The translations under genes and the position numbers were made by a program. A stretch of DNA of 64,000 nt, from contig JAIUNT010000004.1 in the NCBI GenBank assembly GCA_020161545.1, positions 2,863 to 66,862 on the forward strand, written 5' to 3'. This document shows positions 45,748 to 55,287 of the stretch, piece by piece. This DNA is from Pseudomonadota bacterium. GTDB lineage: Bacteria; Pseudomonadota; Alphaproteobacteria; Caedimonadales; UBA1908. Under the pieces are notes generated by a model. The model ran no database searches. It was not told where the DNA came from and saw only the letters and a list, made by a program, of their open reading frames with translations. Position 1 is the first letter of the stretch. Each line of letters starts with the position of its first letter.

Positions 45748-46800
45748 TTATTTCAAACTGTTCATGTCGATCACAAACCGGTACTTCACGTCCGAGCGTA
45801 ACATACGTTCATAGGCCTCGTTGATTTTGTCCATGGCAATGACCTCCACGTCGCAGGTGATATTGTGTTTGCCACAAAAATCGAGCATCTCCTGGGTTTG
45901 GGTAATGCCGCCAATGACTGATCCCGCCACAGCTTTGCGTCCCATGATGAGGGAGACGCTGTTCACCCCTGGCTCAAGGGGGCCAAGGTAGCCCACCAGT
46001 GTGAGCGTACCGTTCACATCCAAAAGTCCCACATAAGGGTTGACGTCATGGGCGTAGGGAACGGTGTCCAGGATAAAATCAAAAGAGCGTGCGTGTTTTG
46101 CAAAAGCGTCGCTTTGTGTGGTGACTAAGATCTCATGGGCACCAAAACGCTTGGCGTCCTCGGCCTTATGAGGTGAGCGGGTGAGTAGCGTCACGTGCGC
46201 TCCCATGGCACTGGCGAATTTGATCCCCATGTGGCCAAGACCCCCGAGTCCCACAACACCCACACGCGTGCCGGGCCCAACCCCCCAGTGTTTGAGGGGT
46301 GAATAGGTGGTAATGCCTGCACACAAAAGGGGCGCCGTTTTTTCAATGTCCAGGGAGTCTGGCACGCGTAACACGAAGCGGTCCTTAACCACAACGCAGG
46401 TGCTGTATCCGCCATAGGTGTTGGTGTGGTCGATGCGGTCCGTGCCGTTGTAGGTCATGGTGGCACCCTGGACGCAGTACTGCTCCAGGTCTTTTTTGCA
46501 GGACGCACACGCGCCGCACGCATCCACCATACAGCCAACCCCCACCAAATCACCGGCTTTGAAGGTTGTCACCCCTTGTCCCACCGCGCGCACGCGCCCG
46601 ACAATTTCGTGTCCCGGCACCATGGGATACTTGGACCCTGGCCAATCGGCCTTTGCGTGATGGATATCCGAGTGGCACACACCACAGTGCGTGATGTCGA
46701 TGAGGACGTCGTCGGCGCGTAAATCTCGCCTTGAAAAATCAAAGGGGCCAAGGGGATCTTTTTCGTTGAAGGCGGCAAAGCCCTTTGCAGGAATGTTCAT
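45748..46800 (-). CDS. zinc-dependent NAD(P) alcohol dehydrogenase (CAD/YahK-like)
   Basis: Contains CGVCHSDIH, GHEIVGRV, a structural-zinc Cys cluster (C..C..C.......C), and GLGGLGHMG. The ATG at 46800 is preceded by GGAGAT. Confidence 0.9.
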   Translation of the reverse strand: MNIPAKGFAAFNEKDPLGPFDFSRRDLRADDVLIDITHCGVCHSDIHHAKADWPGSKYPMVPGHEIVGRVRAVGQGVTTFKAGDLVGVGCMVDACGACASCKKDLEQYCVQGATMTYNGTDRIDHTNTYGGYSTCVVVKDRFVLRVPDSLDIEKTAPLLCAGITTYSPLKHWGVGPGTRVGVVGLGGLGHMGIKFASAMGAHVTLLTRSPHKAEDAKRFGAHEILVTTQSDAFAKHARSFDFILDTVPYAHDVNPYVGLLDVNGTLTLVGYLGPLEPGVNSVSLIMGRKAVAGSVIGGITQTQEMLDFCGKHNITCDVEVIAMDKINEAYERMLRSDVKYRFVIDMNSLK

Positions 46801-46976
46801 GGGGATCTCCGGGTGTGTGTGGATCATGAAAAGGATAGGGACAAAACCTTAATAAAAACTTAAATGTATGTTGAGAGGGCCCAGATTATATGGGCTAGGC
46901 GTAGTTTTCTTGCGCTAGGCGCCTAGGTGTGGTTAAAGAAAGTAGACCTTCCTTCTTTTTTCAGTTTGACACGCCC

Positions 46977-49844
46977 ATGACGACAAAACCTCCCCTTTTT
47001 GGCCTTCAAAATCTCAGTGTACGCGGCGCGCGCGAGCATAATTTGAAAAATGTGCATGTGGAGATCCCCAAGGGAAGCCTGACGGTGATCACGGGCCTGA
47101 GTGGATCAGGAAAATCCTCCCTGGCCTTTGACACCATCTACGCCGAAGGTCAGCGGCGTTATGTGGAGAGCTTGTCGGCGTACGCGCGCCAGTTTTTGGA
47201 GCTGATGCCAAAGCCCGATGTGGACAGCATTGAGGGGTTGTCTCCGGCTATCTCCATTGAACAGAAAACCGCCTCACGTAACCCCCGCTCAACGGTGGGG
47301 ACCGTGACGGAAATCCATGACTACTTGCGTCTTCTCTATGCCCGTGTGGGGGTGCCGTACTCGCCTGTAACAGGTCTGCCCATCGAAAGCCAAAGCGCTA
47401 GCCAAATGGTGGACCGTCTCATGGAAAAGACAGATGGTACAAAGCTGTATCTGCTGGCCCTCATTGTGCGCGGACGCAAAGGAGAATACAAAAAGGAGCT
47501 CCAGGACCTGCGCAAAAAAGGCTTTGAGCGCCTCAAAATTGACGGCGCTTTCTACACCTTTGAGGATCTGCCTACCTTAGAGAAAAACATCAAGCACACC
47601 ATCGACGTGGTGGTGGACCGTGTGGTTGTACGCCGTGAAAACGCAGACGAGCTGCGGGTGCGTTTGTCTGGCAGTGTTGAAAAAGCACTCTTACTCTCCG
47701 ACGGTCTCTTGGGTGTGGAAGAGATGGACACCCAGGAGGTGCAGATCCTGTCCTCGAAGTTCTCATGCCCTGAGTCTGGCTTTACCTTGGAGGAAATAGA
47801 GCCACGCCTCTTTTCCTTTAACAGCCCCTATGGGGCGTGCAAAACCTGTGAAGGGCTTGGGGTGCGCACAAGTTTTGCCCCTGAAAAGGTGGTGCCCAAC
47901 CGCGCGCTCACCATTGATAAGGGAGCCATCGCGCCGTGGTCCGGTGGCTTTTCCTTTTACTATAACCAAATTTTGAAGGCGGTCATTGTCCACTGTCAGG
48001 ATGACCCCTCCTTGCCCTTTGGAAAGCTCTCGCCCAAAACCCAGGAGATGATCCTTTACGGCAGCGGGCGGGAGAAGATCTCCATGTCCCTCCAGATGAC
48101 CGCCGACGATCCTAAAAAGCGCCACACGACCCATAAGGCCTTTGAAGGGGTGATTCCCTCCCTAGAGCGCCGCTTTTTGGAGACAGACAACCCCAAGCGC
48201 CGGGAAGAGCTGGCCCACTTTCAAAATACCCAGGTGTGTGACGCCTGTGGGGGTACAAGGCTGCGTCCAGAGGCCTTAGCCGTGAAGGTGGCAGGACTCC
48301 ATCTGCCCCAGGTGAGCGCTCTGTCCATAGAAAACGCCCTTGCCTGGGCCAAGGATTTGAGCGCGCATCTGACCTCTTCCCAGAACCAAATTGCCGACAA
48401 GATCGTGAAGGAGCTTGTTGCAAGGCTGGGGTTCTTACAAAGCGTGGGTCTTGGATACCTGAGCCTAGACCGTGGGTCAGGTACGCTATCAGGGGGCGAG
48501 TCCCAGCGTATTCGCCTGGCCTCCCAAATTGGATCGGGGCTCACAGGTGTTCTTTACGTTTTGGACGAGCCTTCCATTGGTCTCCATCAGCGCGACAATG
48601 ACCGCCTCCTTGCCACCCTCACCCACTTGCGCGACTTGGGCAACACGGTCTTGGTGGTAGAGCATGACGCCGACACCATCCGTACGGCAGACTTTATCTT
48701 GGACATGGGGCCAGGGGCGGGTGTGCACGGCGGCGAGATTGTGGCCCAGGGGACTCTTAAGGAGATTCTCGCCTCCCCCCAGAGCCTAACGGGTGCCTAT
48801 TTAAGCGGCACTAAAGAAGTGCCCGTGCCAGACACCCCTCGCCCAGGGAATGGGTCATTTTTAACGATCAAGGGCGCGCGGGGAAATAACCTTAAAAACG
48901 TGGACGCGACTTTTCCCCTTGGGACATTTACGTGTGTGGCGGGCGTGTCCGGGGGCGGCAAGTCTACCCTTGTGGTGGAGACGCTCTACAAAGCCCTTAA
49001 TCAGCATTTTGGCATTGGGGACGAGGCGCCCCTTGCCTTTGAAAGCCTTTCAGGCGCCGAGCACATTGATAAGGTGATCGATATTGATCAGTCCCCCATC
49101 GGGCGCACGCCGCGCTCGAACCCGGCGACCTATACGGGTATTTTTGGCCCCATTCGCGACTGGTTCGCGGGGCTTCCCGAGGCCAAGGCACGCGGATATG
49201 GTCCCGGGCGCTTTTCCTTCAACGTGAAGGGAGGGCGCTGCGAATCGTGCCAAGGGGACGGCGTGACCAAGATTGAGATGCACTTTTTGCCCGACGTGTA
49301 CGTAGAGTGCGAGCAGTGTCAAGGTCGGCGCTATAACCGGGAGACCTTGGACATTCACTACCGCGGCAAATCCATTGCGGACGTTCTGGATATGACCGTG
49401 GAAGAAGGCGCGCTCTTTTTCGACGCGATCCCAAGTCTGCGCGATAAGCTCAAGACCCTGGAAGGGGTGGGACTTGGATATATCCAGATTGGCCAGCGTG
49501 CAACGACCTTGTCGGGAGGCGAGGCCCAGCGCGTGAAGCTGGCCAAGGAGCTTATGCGGCGCGCCACCGGTAAAACCCTCTATATCTTGGACGAGCCCAC
49601 AACGGGTCTCCACTTCGAAGATGTGCGCAAGCTCTTGGAGGTGCTTCACCGCTTAGTGGACCAAGGCAACACCTTGGTTGTTATTGAACATAACCTGGAC
49701 GTGATCAAAACTGCAGACTGGGTTCTGGATCTAGGACCCGAGGGCGGCGACGGGGGAGGCCTTCTTGTGGCCACGGGCACCCCCAAGGAGCTTGCAAAAA
49801 ATTCTAAAAGTGTAACAGGGCCTTACCTGAATCCGCTTCTTTAA
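46977..49844 (+). CDS. uvrA: excinuclease ABC subunit A
   Basis: Contains [28 protein letters not shown], a second ABC module [10 protein letters not shown], and zinc-finger Cys pairs. I trimmed the track ORF to the ATG at 46977. Confidence 0.97.
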   Translation: MTTKPPLFGLQNLSVRGAREHNLKNVHVEIPKGSLTVITGLSGSGKSSLAFDTIYAEGQRRYVESLSAYARQFLELMPKPDVDSIEGLSPAISIEQKTASRNPRSTVGTVTEIHDYLRLLYARVGVPYSPVTGLPIESQSASQMVDRLMEKTDGTKLYLLALIVRGRKGEYKKELQDLRKKGFERLKIDGAFYTFEDLPTLEKNIKHTIDVVVDRVVVRRENADELRVRLSGSVEKALLLSDGLLGVEEMDTQEVQILSSKFSCPESGFTLEEIEPRLFSFNSPYGACKTCEGLGVRTSFAPEKVVPNRALTIDKGAIAPWSGGFSFYYNQILKAVIVHCQDDPSLPFGKLSPKTQEMILYGSGREKISMSLQMTADDPKKRHTTHKAFEGVIPSLERRFLETDNPKRREELAHFQNTQVCDACGGTRLRPEALAVKVAGLHLPQVSALSIENALAWAKDLSAHLTSSQNQIADKIVKELVARLGFLQSVGLGYLSLDRGSGTLSGGESQRIRLASQIGSGLTGVLYVLDEPSIGLHQRDNDRLLATLTHLRDLGNTVLVVEHDADTIRTADFILDMGPGAGVHGGEIVAQGTLKEILASPQSLTGAYLSGTKEVPVPDTPRPGNGSFLTIKGARGNNLKNVDATFPLGTFTCVAGVSGGGKSTLVVETLYKALNQHFGIGDEAPLAFESLSGAEHIDKVIDIDQSPIGRTPRSNPATYTGIFGPIRDWFAGLPEAKARGYGPGRFSFNVKGGRCESCQGDGVTKIEMHFLPDVYVECEQCQGRRYNRETLDIHYRGKSIADVLDMTVEEGALFFDAIPSLRDKLKTLEGVGLGYIQIGQRATTLSGGEAQRVKLAKELMRRATGKTLYILDEPTTGLHFEDVRKLLEVLHRLVDQGNTLVVIEHNLDVIKTADWVLDLGPEGGDGGGLLVATGTPKELAKNSKSVTGPYLNPLL

Positions 49845-49848
49845 AGAA

Positions 49849-49880
49849 AGGTGCGCCGCAACCTCTCTTGCAGCGCGCCT
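49849..49880. terminator. hairpin between convergent uvrA and the 404-aa paralog gene
   Basis: Hairpin aggtgcgccgcaa-cctctc-ttgcagcgcgcct with one mismatch. A homologous hairpin follows the second paralog (51358..51385). Confidence 0.5.
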
Positions 49881-49892
49881 ATAAATTTTGGG

Positions 49893-51107
49893 TTACTGAT
49901 TTTGTTCTTGAGGAATGACCATGGTCACAAGGGCCGCGTTCACAAGCCTATTGCTTAAGAAGCTGAGGTTGGGCGCGATATTCACACAGGATGTGTTGTG
50001 TGCGGTGTAGGGATAAATGCCCCCATAAAGAGGTACATTGGACCAAATGCCACCGCGCCGGCCATCATCCTCGCGCAAATATGTCTCGACGTTTTCTGGG
50101 ACAGTGTCAAACAGAGGCCTGGGGTTGAGCATTGACACCGTTTGGTCGCCAGGATGCGCATGGGTAAAGGTGCTTAAGATGACGCGCTTGATGTGCCCAC
50201 ACCCAGACAAAAGGTCCATGGCCTGGGCTTCTTCATCTTCTGCCAGAACAGGAAGCTGCAGGGTCTCGAGGCGGGTAAGCTTTGGCAAGATTTCCTTGAG
50301 TGTCTCAAGAAGGGAGCAGGGCGCGCCCCTTTTCGTGAAATAGGAGCCGTCTCTGCTGATAGCCAGGGAGCGCAGATTTTCAAAGGCGCCGATGGCTTTG
50401 AGGTGCTCTCCTTTGGCCTGTGGGGAGTAAGGCAAATCAGGCTCCCAAGCAATATCTTGGGTCACAATATGGTGTACGTCCTCAATGCCTTCTAAAGATG
50501 CACACAAAGATGTCACGAGGAGTGCATAGGGTTTAAGACAAGGATTGCATTCTTTGAAAAAACAGTTCCACCTGAAAAATGCAAAATCTTCAAGTTGTTG
50601 GGGGAGAGCGTCCGGGTAGGCCGTTACAAACGCGCCAGTGAATTGCCCTGGTTCTTGGGACCCAAGATTTTGCATCCACATGTCCCACTGAGCCTCAAAG
50701 GCGGCGCGCAGGACATTTTGCGCCTTGGAGAACTGATAAATTTTTTGATGCAATTCGGGCGAGATATCGTCCGTCGTCATAAGGTGTAAGCGCTCTTTTT
50801 CTCTTTCACCTACGGAATCATCACTTTTTCTATCTGCAAGCCATGCGCGCGTATGATCCAAAAGTGCTTCATGGGACATGCCCCCGAAGGCGCCAGAAGA
50901 CTTGAAAATGCCCTCGAGGGCCTCCTCCCATGACTGTGCGCCTGGAGCGTATTTGCTCACAAAGTCCAAGGTGAACTTGTGAGCCGCCAGGGTGCGAACG
51001 GACCCGTATTCTTTGTCATGGGGTATTTCACAGACGTCCTTGGAGGAGCCATGACAAGGCGCGGAAAACAGAAAGGGTAAAACAAATAGAAAGCGCAATT
51101 TTTTCAT
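49893..51107 (-). CDS. secreted hypothetical protein, tandem paralog 1
   Basis: Signal peptide MKKLRFLFVLPFLFSAPCHG. It is collinear with paralog 2 along the whole length, for example AHKF.LDFV.K, ISPEL..KIY.FS.AQN.LRAAFE.QW, and LLETLKEILP.L..LETLQLPVL...E..A.DLLSGCGH.K.VILS. Confidence 0.7.
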   Translation of the reverse strand: MKKLRFLFVLPFLFSAPCHGSSKDVCEIPHDKEYGSVRTLAAHKFTLDFVSKYAPGAQSWEEALEGIFKSSGAFGGMSHEALLDHTRAWLADRKSDDSVGEREKERLHLMTTDDISPELHQKIYQFSKAQNVLRAAFEAQWDMWMQNLGSQEPGQFTGAFVTAYPDALPQQLEDFAFFRWNCFFKECNPCLKPYALLVTSLCASLEGIEDVHHIVTQDIAWEPDLPYSPQAKGEHLKAIGAFENLRSLAISRDGSYFTKRGAPCSLLETLKEILPKLTRLETLQLPVLAEDEEAQAMDLLSGCGHIKRVILSTFTHAHPGDQTVSMLNPRPLFDTVPENVETYLREDDGRRGGIWSNVPLYGGIYPYTAHNTSCVNIAPNLSFLSNRLVNAALVTMVIPQEQNQ

Positions 51108-51357
51108 AGATTTTTCTCCACATGTTTGGATGTTTGCCAACGTTGTCTCTGGCGCATAAATATAAGCAAAAAGTGTGCCAGTCGTTTTAATTTTCGATAA
51201 GTATTTTTTTTGAATGATATTAAGATTTTCTTTCTTAAGTTCTTGTTTTATTTCTTATTATATATGCAAGAGAGGGGTAATCGTTGCGCAATAGGGGACT
51301 GTATCGCCCGCGGCAGTCCAGTAAGCATTTCGCCCAGATTCGGTTCAATGGAAAGAA

Positions 51358-51385
51358 GCGCGCCGCAGTGGATGTTGCAGCGCGC
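51358..51385 (-). terminator. hairpin downstream of paralog 2 (duplicate of the 49849..49880 hairpin)
   Basis: Hairpin gcgcgccgca-gtggatgt-tgcagcgcgc with one mismatch. Confidence 0.45.
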
Positions 51386-51406
51386 CCATAAGTCTAAAGT
51401 AGCGTC

Positions 51407-52606
51407 TTATTGTTGCTCAATGGCTAAATCAAGAAGGGCGCTGTTCACATCCCAGCCACTGAGAATATCGAGGCAAGGTGCCACAGGTATGTAGGATTTC
51501 GTGTGGGGTGCGTAAGGGTAGACGCCTCCACGCCTTGGTGCCACGGACCAAGTGCCTTTCATTAGATCGTCTTCATCACGCAGGTACGGCGCCACACCTT
51601 CTGGCAGGGCGTCAAACAGGACTTCTGGATCAAGGGTTTCCTGGGCGCCTTCAGGCTTATCCATAAAGCGGCTTAGAATCACTTGTTTCAAATGACCGCA
51701 TCCGGACAAGAGGTCTTTTGCTTGATCTTCTTCCCACACACCAAGGACGGGAAGTTGAAGGGTTTCAAGGCTGGGCAGGTGTGGCAAAATTTCTTTCAGG
51801 GTTTCAAGAAGGGGCCAGGGCTGGACACTTTTTGTGAAGTAAGACGGCGCTCTGACGAGAAGGAGTGTACGCAGATCTTTGACATTCTTCATCTCCTGGA
51901 GGTGCTCGCCCTTCAGCTGGGACATATAAGGCAGACCTGTTTGGGTCGCAATATCTTGCCGGACGATATGGCGCGCGGCCTCTAGGCCCTCCAGGGACAT
52001 GCACAGGGGTGCACCAATGAGAACATGGGGGGTGAGGGTAGGCTCCCACTCCCTGGTGAGGGCTGGCATCACATAAAATGAAAAATCCTCAAATGTGTTG
52101 GGCAAAGCCTCTGGGTAGGCAAGCAAAAAGGCTGCACAGAAGGCACCTGGCTTTTGGGGGCCAAGATGCTCCATCCACGCATTCCACTGCACTTCAAAGG
52201 CTGCGCGTAAGGTATTTTGGGCATTGGAAAACCTGTAAATTTTGCGCTGAAGTTCAGGGGAGATATTTTGCGCCTTTAAGCCGGGCAGCTTTGCATGTTG
52301 CATCAGACCGGTATTGCGATCTGATTTCCTCTCTTCAAGCCAGGTGCGCGCATAGTCCTCAACATCCTCTTGGCACAGGGATTTTTTTGGGAGGTGTGCG
52401 TCAAAGATTTTTTCTAAGGCGTCCTCCCATGTCTGGGCATATGCGGCGTGTTTTCTGACAAAATCCAGCACGAACTTGTGGGCGGTCCTGACACGCAGGG
52501 AGGTGTATTCCTTTTCTTGCGTTGCGTCTGCGATTTCGCCCAACGATCCGTGGGACGGCGTTAGAAGCAGAAATGGGAGTATGAGTAGTAAGCAGAATTT
52601 TTTCAT
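51407..52606 (-). CDS. secreted hypothetical protein, tandem paralog 2
   Basis: The ATG at 52606 is preceded by AAAGGAGAA and opens a signal peptide MKKFCLLLILPFLLLTPSHG that aligns with the paralog 1 start. The 538-aa track ORF is an artefactual 5' extension. Confidence 0.7.
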   Translation of the reverse strand: MKKFCLLLILPFLLLTPSHGSLGEIADATQEKEYTSLRVRTAHKFVLDFVRKHAAYAQTWEDALEKIFDAHLPKKSLCQEDVEDYARTWLEERKSDRNTGLMQHAKLPGLKAQNISPELQRKIYRFSNAQNTLRAAFEVQWNAWMEHLGPQKPGAFCAAFLLAYPEALPNTFEDFSFYVMPALTREWEPTLTPHVLIGAPLCMSLEGLEAARHIVRQDIATQTGLPYMSQLKGEHLQEMKNVKDLRTLLLVRAPSYFTKSVQPWPLLETLKEILPHLPSLETLQLPVLGVWEEDQAKDLLSGCGHLKQVILSRFMDKPEGAQETLDPEVLFDALPEGVAPYLRDEDDLMKGTWSVAPRRGGVYPYAPHTKSYIPVAPCLDILSGWDVNSALLDLAIEQQ

Positions 52607-52704
52607 GGGTTTTCTCCTTTTTTGTGATGTGCCTTTTTTGTTTGAGGCAGGCATACAAATGCAAGAAGTAGACCATTTTGATGGGACACAAGATAAGCGC
52701 TTAT

Positions 52705-53838
52705 TTACGAGGCGCTTTTTTGAAACCACGCCGCAAGGGGCTCCCAGATAAGGGACGGGGCGCGCTTGGACGCAAAGGTGCCCACGTGCCCCATGGCGGG
52801 GGTGAGGGGAGTTGCGCCGAGAAACGAGGCCAGGGACAGGGTGCATGCACTTGGCACAATGCGGTCCAGTGTGGGGGCAACCATGAAGGTGTTTTGGAAG
52901 AAATCCTTCCTTAAGGGTGTTCCCAAAACCTGGTTTGTGTTGAAAAGCGTGTTTCGGGTATAAAAGGTGTCTACACATTCTTTCAGCAGGTCCCACTGAA
53001 GGGGGCGCAAATCGCATAGCCACGCCTCAAGACGGGCAAACAAAGGGTCCACGGGCCCTGAACCTTTGCCAAGCTCCTGGTATTTACGCTGGATGGCGCG
53101 GGGCTCCAGAAGGTGAAAAGGTAACTGCAGGGCCCAGGAGGGGGCAAGGTCCTTTGCCTGGGGAAAGGGTTTCTCAAAAAAACGGGTGCTCAAGGGAAGA
53201 GTGCACCTTTGAAAATCCCAGGGCGTTGCAAAAAGAGCTGCACCAGCCAGGGGGCTTTTCAGCTGACCGGCGCCGGCCAGAGCAAGAAGTCCACCCATGC
53301 AAAAGCCGCCCACAAAGAGGGGGGAACGTGTGTTTTCTTGTGCAAAGCGCAGCACCTTTGCGGCCGCGTTCGCGTAATCCAAAAGGATCGGACTTTTACC
53401 TAAGGGCGCTCGCCAATCCACAAAAAGACTCTCCACACCGCGTGTTTTTAAAAAGCCTGCCAAAGAGTGACGGGCATCGAGATCAAAAATGTGAGAGGTG
53501 TTCAGGAGTGAGGGCATCCACACACAGGTGGCCATCGGTGTGGCTAGCCTATTTTTTTGGGCGTACAAACGCGCGAAGGGACTCTCCCATAGGAGAGCGC
53601 GCTTAGGAGTTTCAAGGGTTTTGAGTGCCTCGTGGAAGCGGGCCACACCCTGATAAAAATCTTGGGCGCGCTGGGCGGCTTGGGCCATAAGATTTGTACT
53701 TTGATCCTTGTAAGATCCGCCGCTAAGGCGTGCAAGGGAGGCCCACGCAGCTAATGTGCTTGAGGCCATGTGTTGTGTGTGTAGCTGAATAAGAAAGGGG
53801 TGAAGGGTTCCCCCATGCGCCTTACTCACTCGCTTCAT
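52705..53838 (-). CDS. PHA-synthase-like alpha/beta hydrolase
   Basis: Contains the lipase-box variant G-x-C-x-G-G (VGGFCMGGLLALAG) that is characteristic of PhaC. The size fits class III/IV-like enzymes. The start is uncertain (53838 or 53769). Confidence 0.65.
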   Translation of the reverse strand: MKRVSKAHGGTLHPFLIQLHTQHMASSTLAAWASLARLSGGSYKDQSTNLMAQAAQRAQDFYQGVARFHEALKTLETPKRALLWESPFARLYAQKNRLATPMATCVWMPSLLNTSHIFDLDARHSLAGFLKTRGVESLFVDWRAPLGKSPILLDYANAAAKVLRFAQENTRSPLFVGGFCMGGLLALAGAGQLKSPLAGAALFATPWDFQRCTLPLSTRFFEKPFPQAKDLAPSWALQLPFHLLEPRAIQRKYQELGKGSGPVDPLFARLEAWLCDLRPLQWDLLKECVDTFYTRNTLFNTNQVLGTPLRKDFFQNTFMVAPTLDRIVPSACTLSLASFLGATPLTPAMGHVGTFASKRAPSLIWEPLAAWFQKSAS

Positions 53839-53980
53839 CTTCTCCAGGGACACCTTGGGCGAGGGTCGCCATGGTTGCATGGCACAGGTCCACAAACTTA
53901 TCCTGAAGCTCAGGATTGAGCAGGGTTCTGCTCATGATATCTCCCCAGAAATCCAAATATTTTGACGTTAAGTCGTCCAT
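53822..53980 (-). CDS. possible 52-aa ORF overlapping the 5' end of the PhaC-like gene
   Basis: Not in the ORF track. Reads MDDLTSKYLDFWGDIMSRTLLNPELQDKFVDLCHATMATLAQGVPGEDEASE. Two frames are open across 53822..53895. Confidence 0.3.
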   Translation of the reverse strand: MDDLTSKYLDFWGDIMSRTLLNPELQDKFVDLCHATMATLAQGVPGEDEASE

Positions 53981-54069
53981 GCGTGTACCCCCTTTTATCA
54001 TCTGCGATCACGACTATAGACGAGTCGGGGGCATGGGAAAAGCCCCCTTGATCGTGCGCCTCTTCCTGC

Positions 54070-55173
54070 TTACTCCTGGGTAAATTTGTTGTAATGAGCG
54101 TTATAGAATACTTCCTTAAGAAGTGTTAACAGGGGTTTATTTTCTTGTGTCAGGTTCATAAGTGGTGGCGGCATTTTTGCGGCACGCGCAATGATATTAT
54201 GTATTTGCAGCGATGTTAATTTATACGCGTCTTCTTGAGACGTCACGAAGGTTTTCCAAGAAAAGGGCACTTGATATATTGGGGGTGTCAAAAAGGCTTG
54301 AAGGATGCTCATCACAATAGGCCTATCAGATTCTTGAAAGTTTTTAAGGCGGGTCAGAGTGTTTCTTAACTGCCGAAGTTTGCCTTGATCTTCAGGAGAA
54401 AGAGTCGCCACGTAAGTGTTGTTATGCAACGCACTGGAACAGCGGCTCTTTAGTGCGCTTAGGGAGCCATCGTACAGGTTCGTTGCCAGCGCTATGCCTA
54501 GGTAGTTCCAAGCTTCGTCTGTCTCTATGCTCGCTAAGGTGAGATGGGGTAATACCTTCTCTCCAAACTGTGTGTGGGTGTTTGGTGTTGTGTACGCATG
54601 GGACGCTGAAGGTGATGCCGCGTTAAAAGCCGCAGGTAAAGGAGCTGTCTTATGAATTTTGAAGTGTATGAGCAGGGGGTCTGCGGGTGTTTTTTGAGTT
54701 TTTTCTTGCTGTTGCGTATGTTTGTTGACCCTATCGGCTGCATTCTTCAGGCATTGCAGCGTATGGGTGAGGGCGTTGGGAAACGTGCCCTTTTTTTTTA
54801 AGATGGCGCGACATCTACTGAAAAGAAGGCTTGGGCTTCCTTGAAATTCTTTGGCAAGCATTTGTGCAAATTCTTCCCATTTTTGAGGTGTTTCAGGACA
54901 GTGATGTGCCAGATATGGTGTGAGCGCGCTCAGGAAACGGGTGATACTTTCTTGTGTGAGAGATTCACGGTGATGAAGGGTATAAGGACGTGTTTCTGGT
55001 AAGGAATCTGCTACTTTTGGTGCCGTAGATGCTCGGCCTGCAGGGGGCTCTTGCGCGCTGGTGGGGGCCACGTGTCTCAATGACAGAAGGGTCAGTGCAG
55101 CATCGGCCAGCAGCTCATCACTGGCATGGAGGTTGCAGGTACACAATAGGAGAAAGAGGATATATTTGTTCAT
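54070..55173 (-). CDS. secreted hypothetical protein with internal repeats
   Basis: Signal peptide MNKYILFLLLCTCNLHA. The repeated block W..[FL]...LA.....GS.S.L.SRC...L occurs at aa 99 and 222, with a weaker third copy at about aa 306. Confidence 0.6.
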   Translation of the reverse strand: MNKYILFLLLCTCNLHASDELLADAALTLLSLRHVAPTSAQEPPAGRASTAPKVADSLPETRPYTLHHRESLTQESITRFLSALTPYLAHHCPETPQKWEEFAQMLAKEFQGSPSLLFSRCRAILKKKGTFPNALTHTLQCLKNAADRVNKHTQQQEKTQKTPADPLLIHFKIHKTAPLPAAFNAASPSASHAYTTPNTHTQFGEKVLPHLTLASIETDEAWNYLGIALATNLYDGSLSALKSRCSSALHNNTYVATLSPEDQGKLRQLRNTLTRLKNFQESDRPIVMSILQAFLTPPIYQVPFSWKTFVTSQEDAYKLTSLQIHNIIARAAKMPPPLMNLTQENKPLLTLLKEVFYNAHYNKFTQE

Positions 55174-55287
55174 TTAATGTCAAAAAATAAAAAATTGAAA
55201 CCCAAGTCCGCATTAGAGGGTTTTTTGTTTTGTGTCAATATGGTCTTATTGGTGTGTTTTATGGATATTCGGTGTGAGGTGTGGAAA

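Noticed and set aside
52607-53023. 5' extension making paralog 2 a 538-aa protein
   Set aside because: The extra 139 codons overlap the PhaC-like gene in another frame and are Pro/His/Cys/Arg-rich nonsense. The ATG at 52606 has a good RBS and a signal peptide that aligns with the paralog 1 start.
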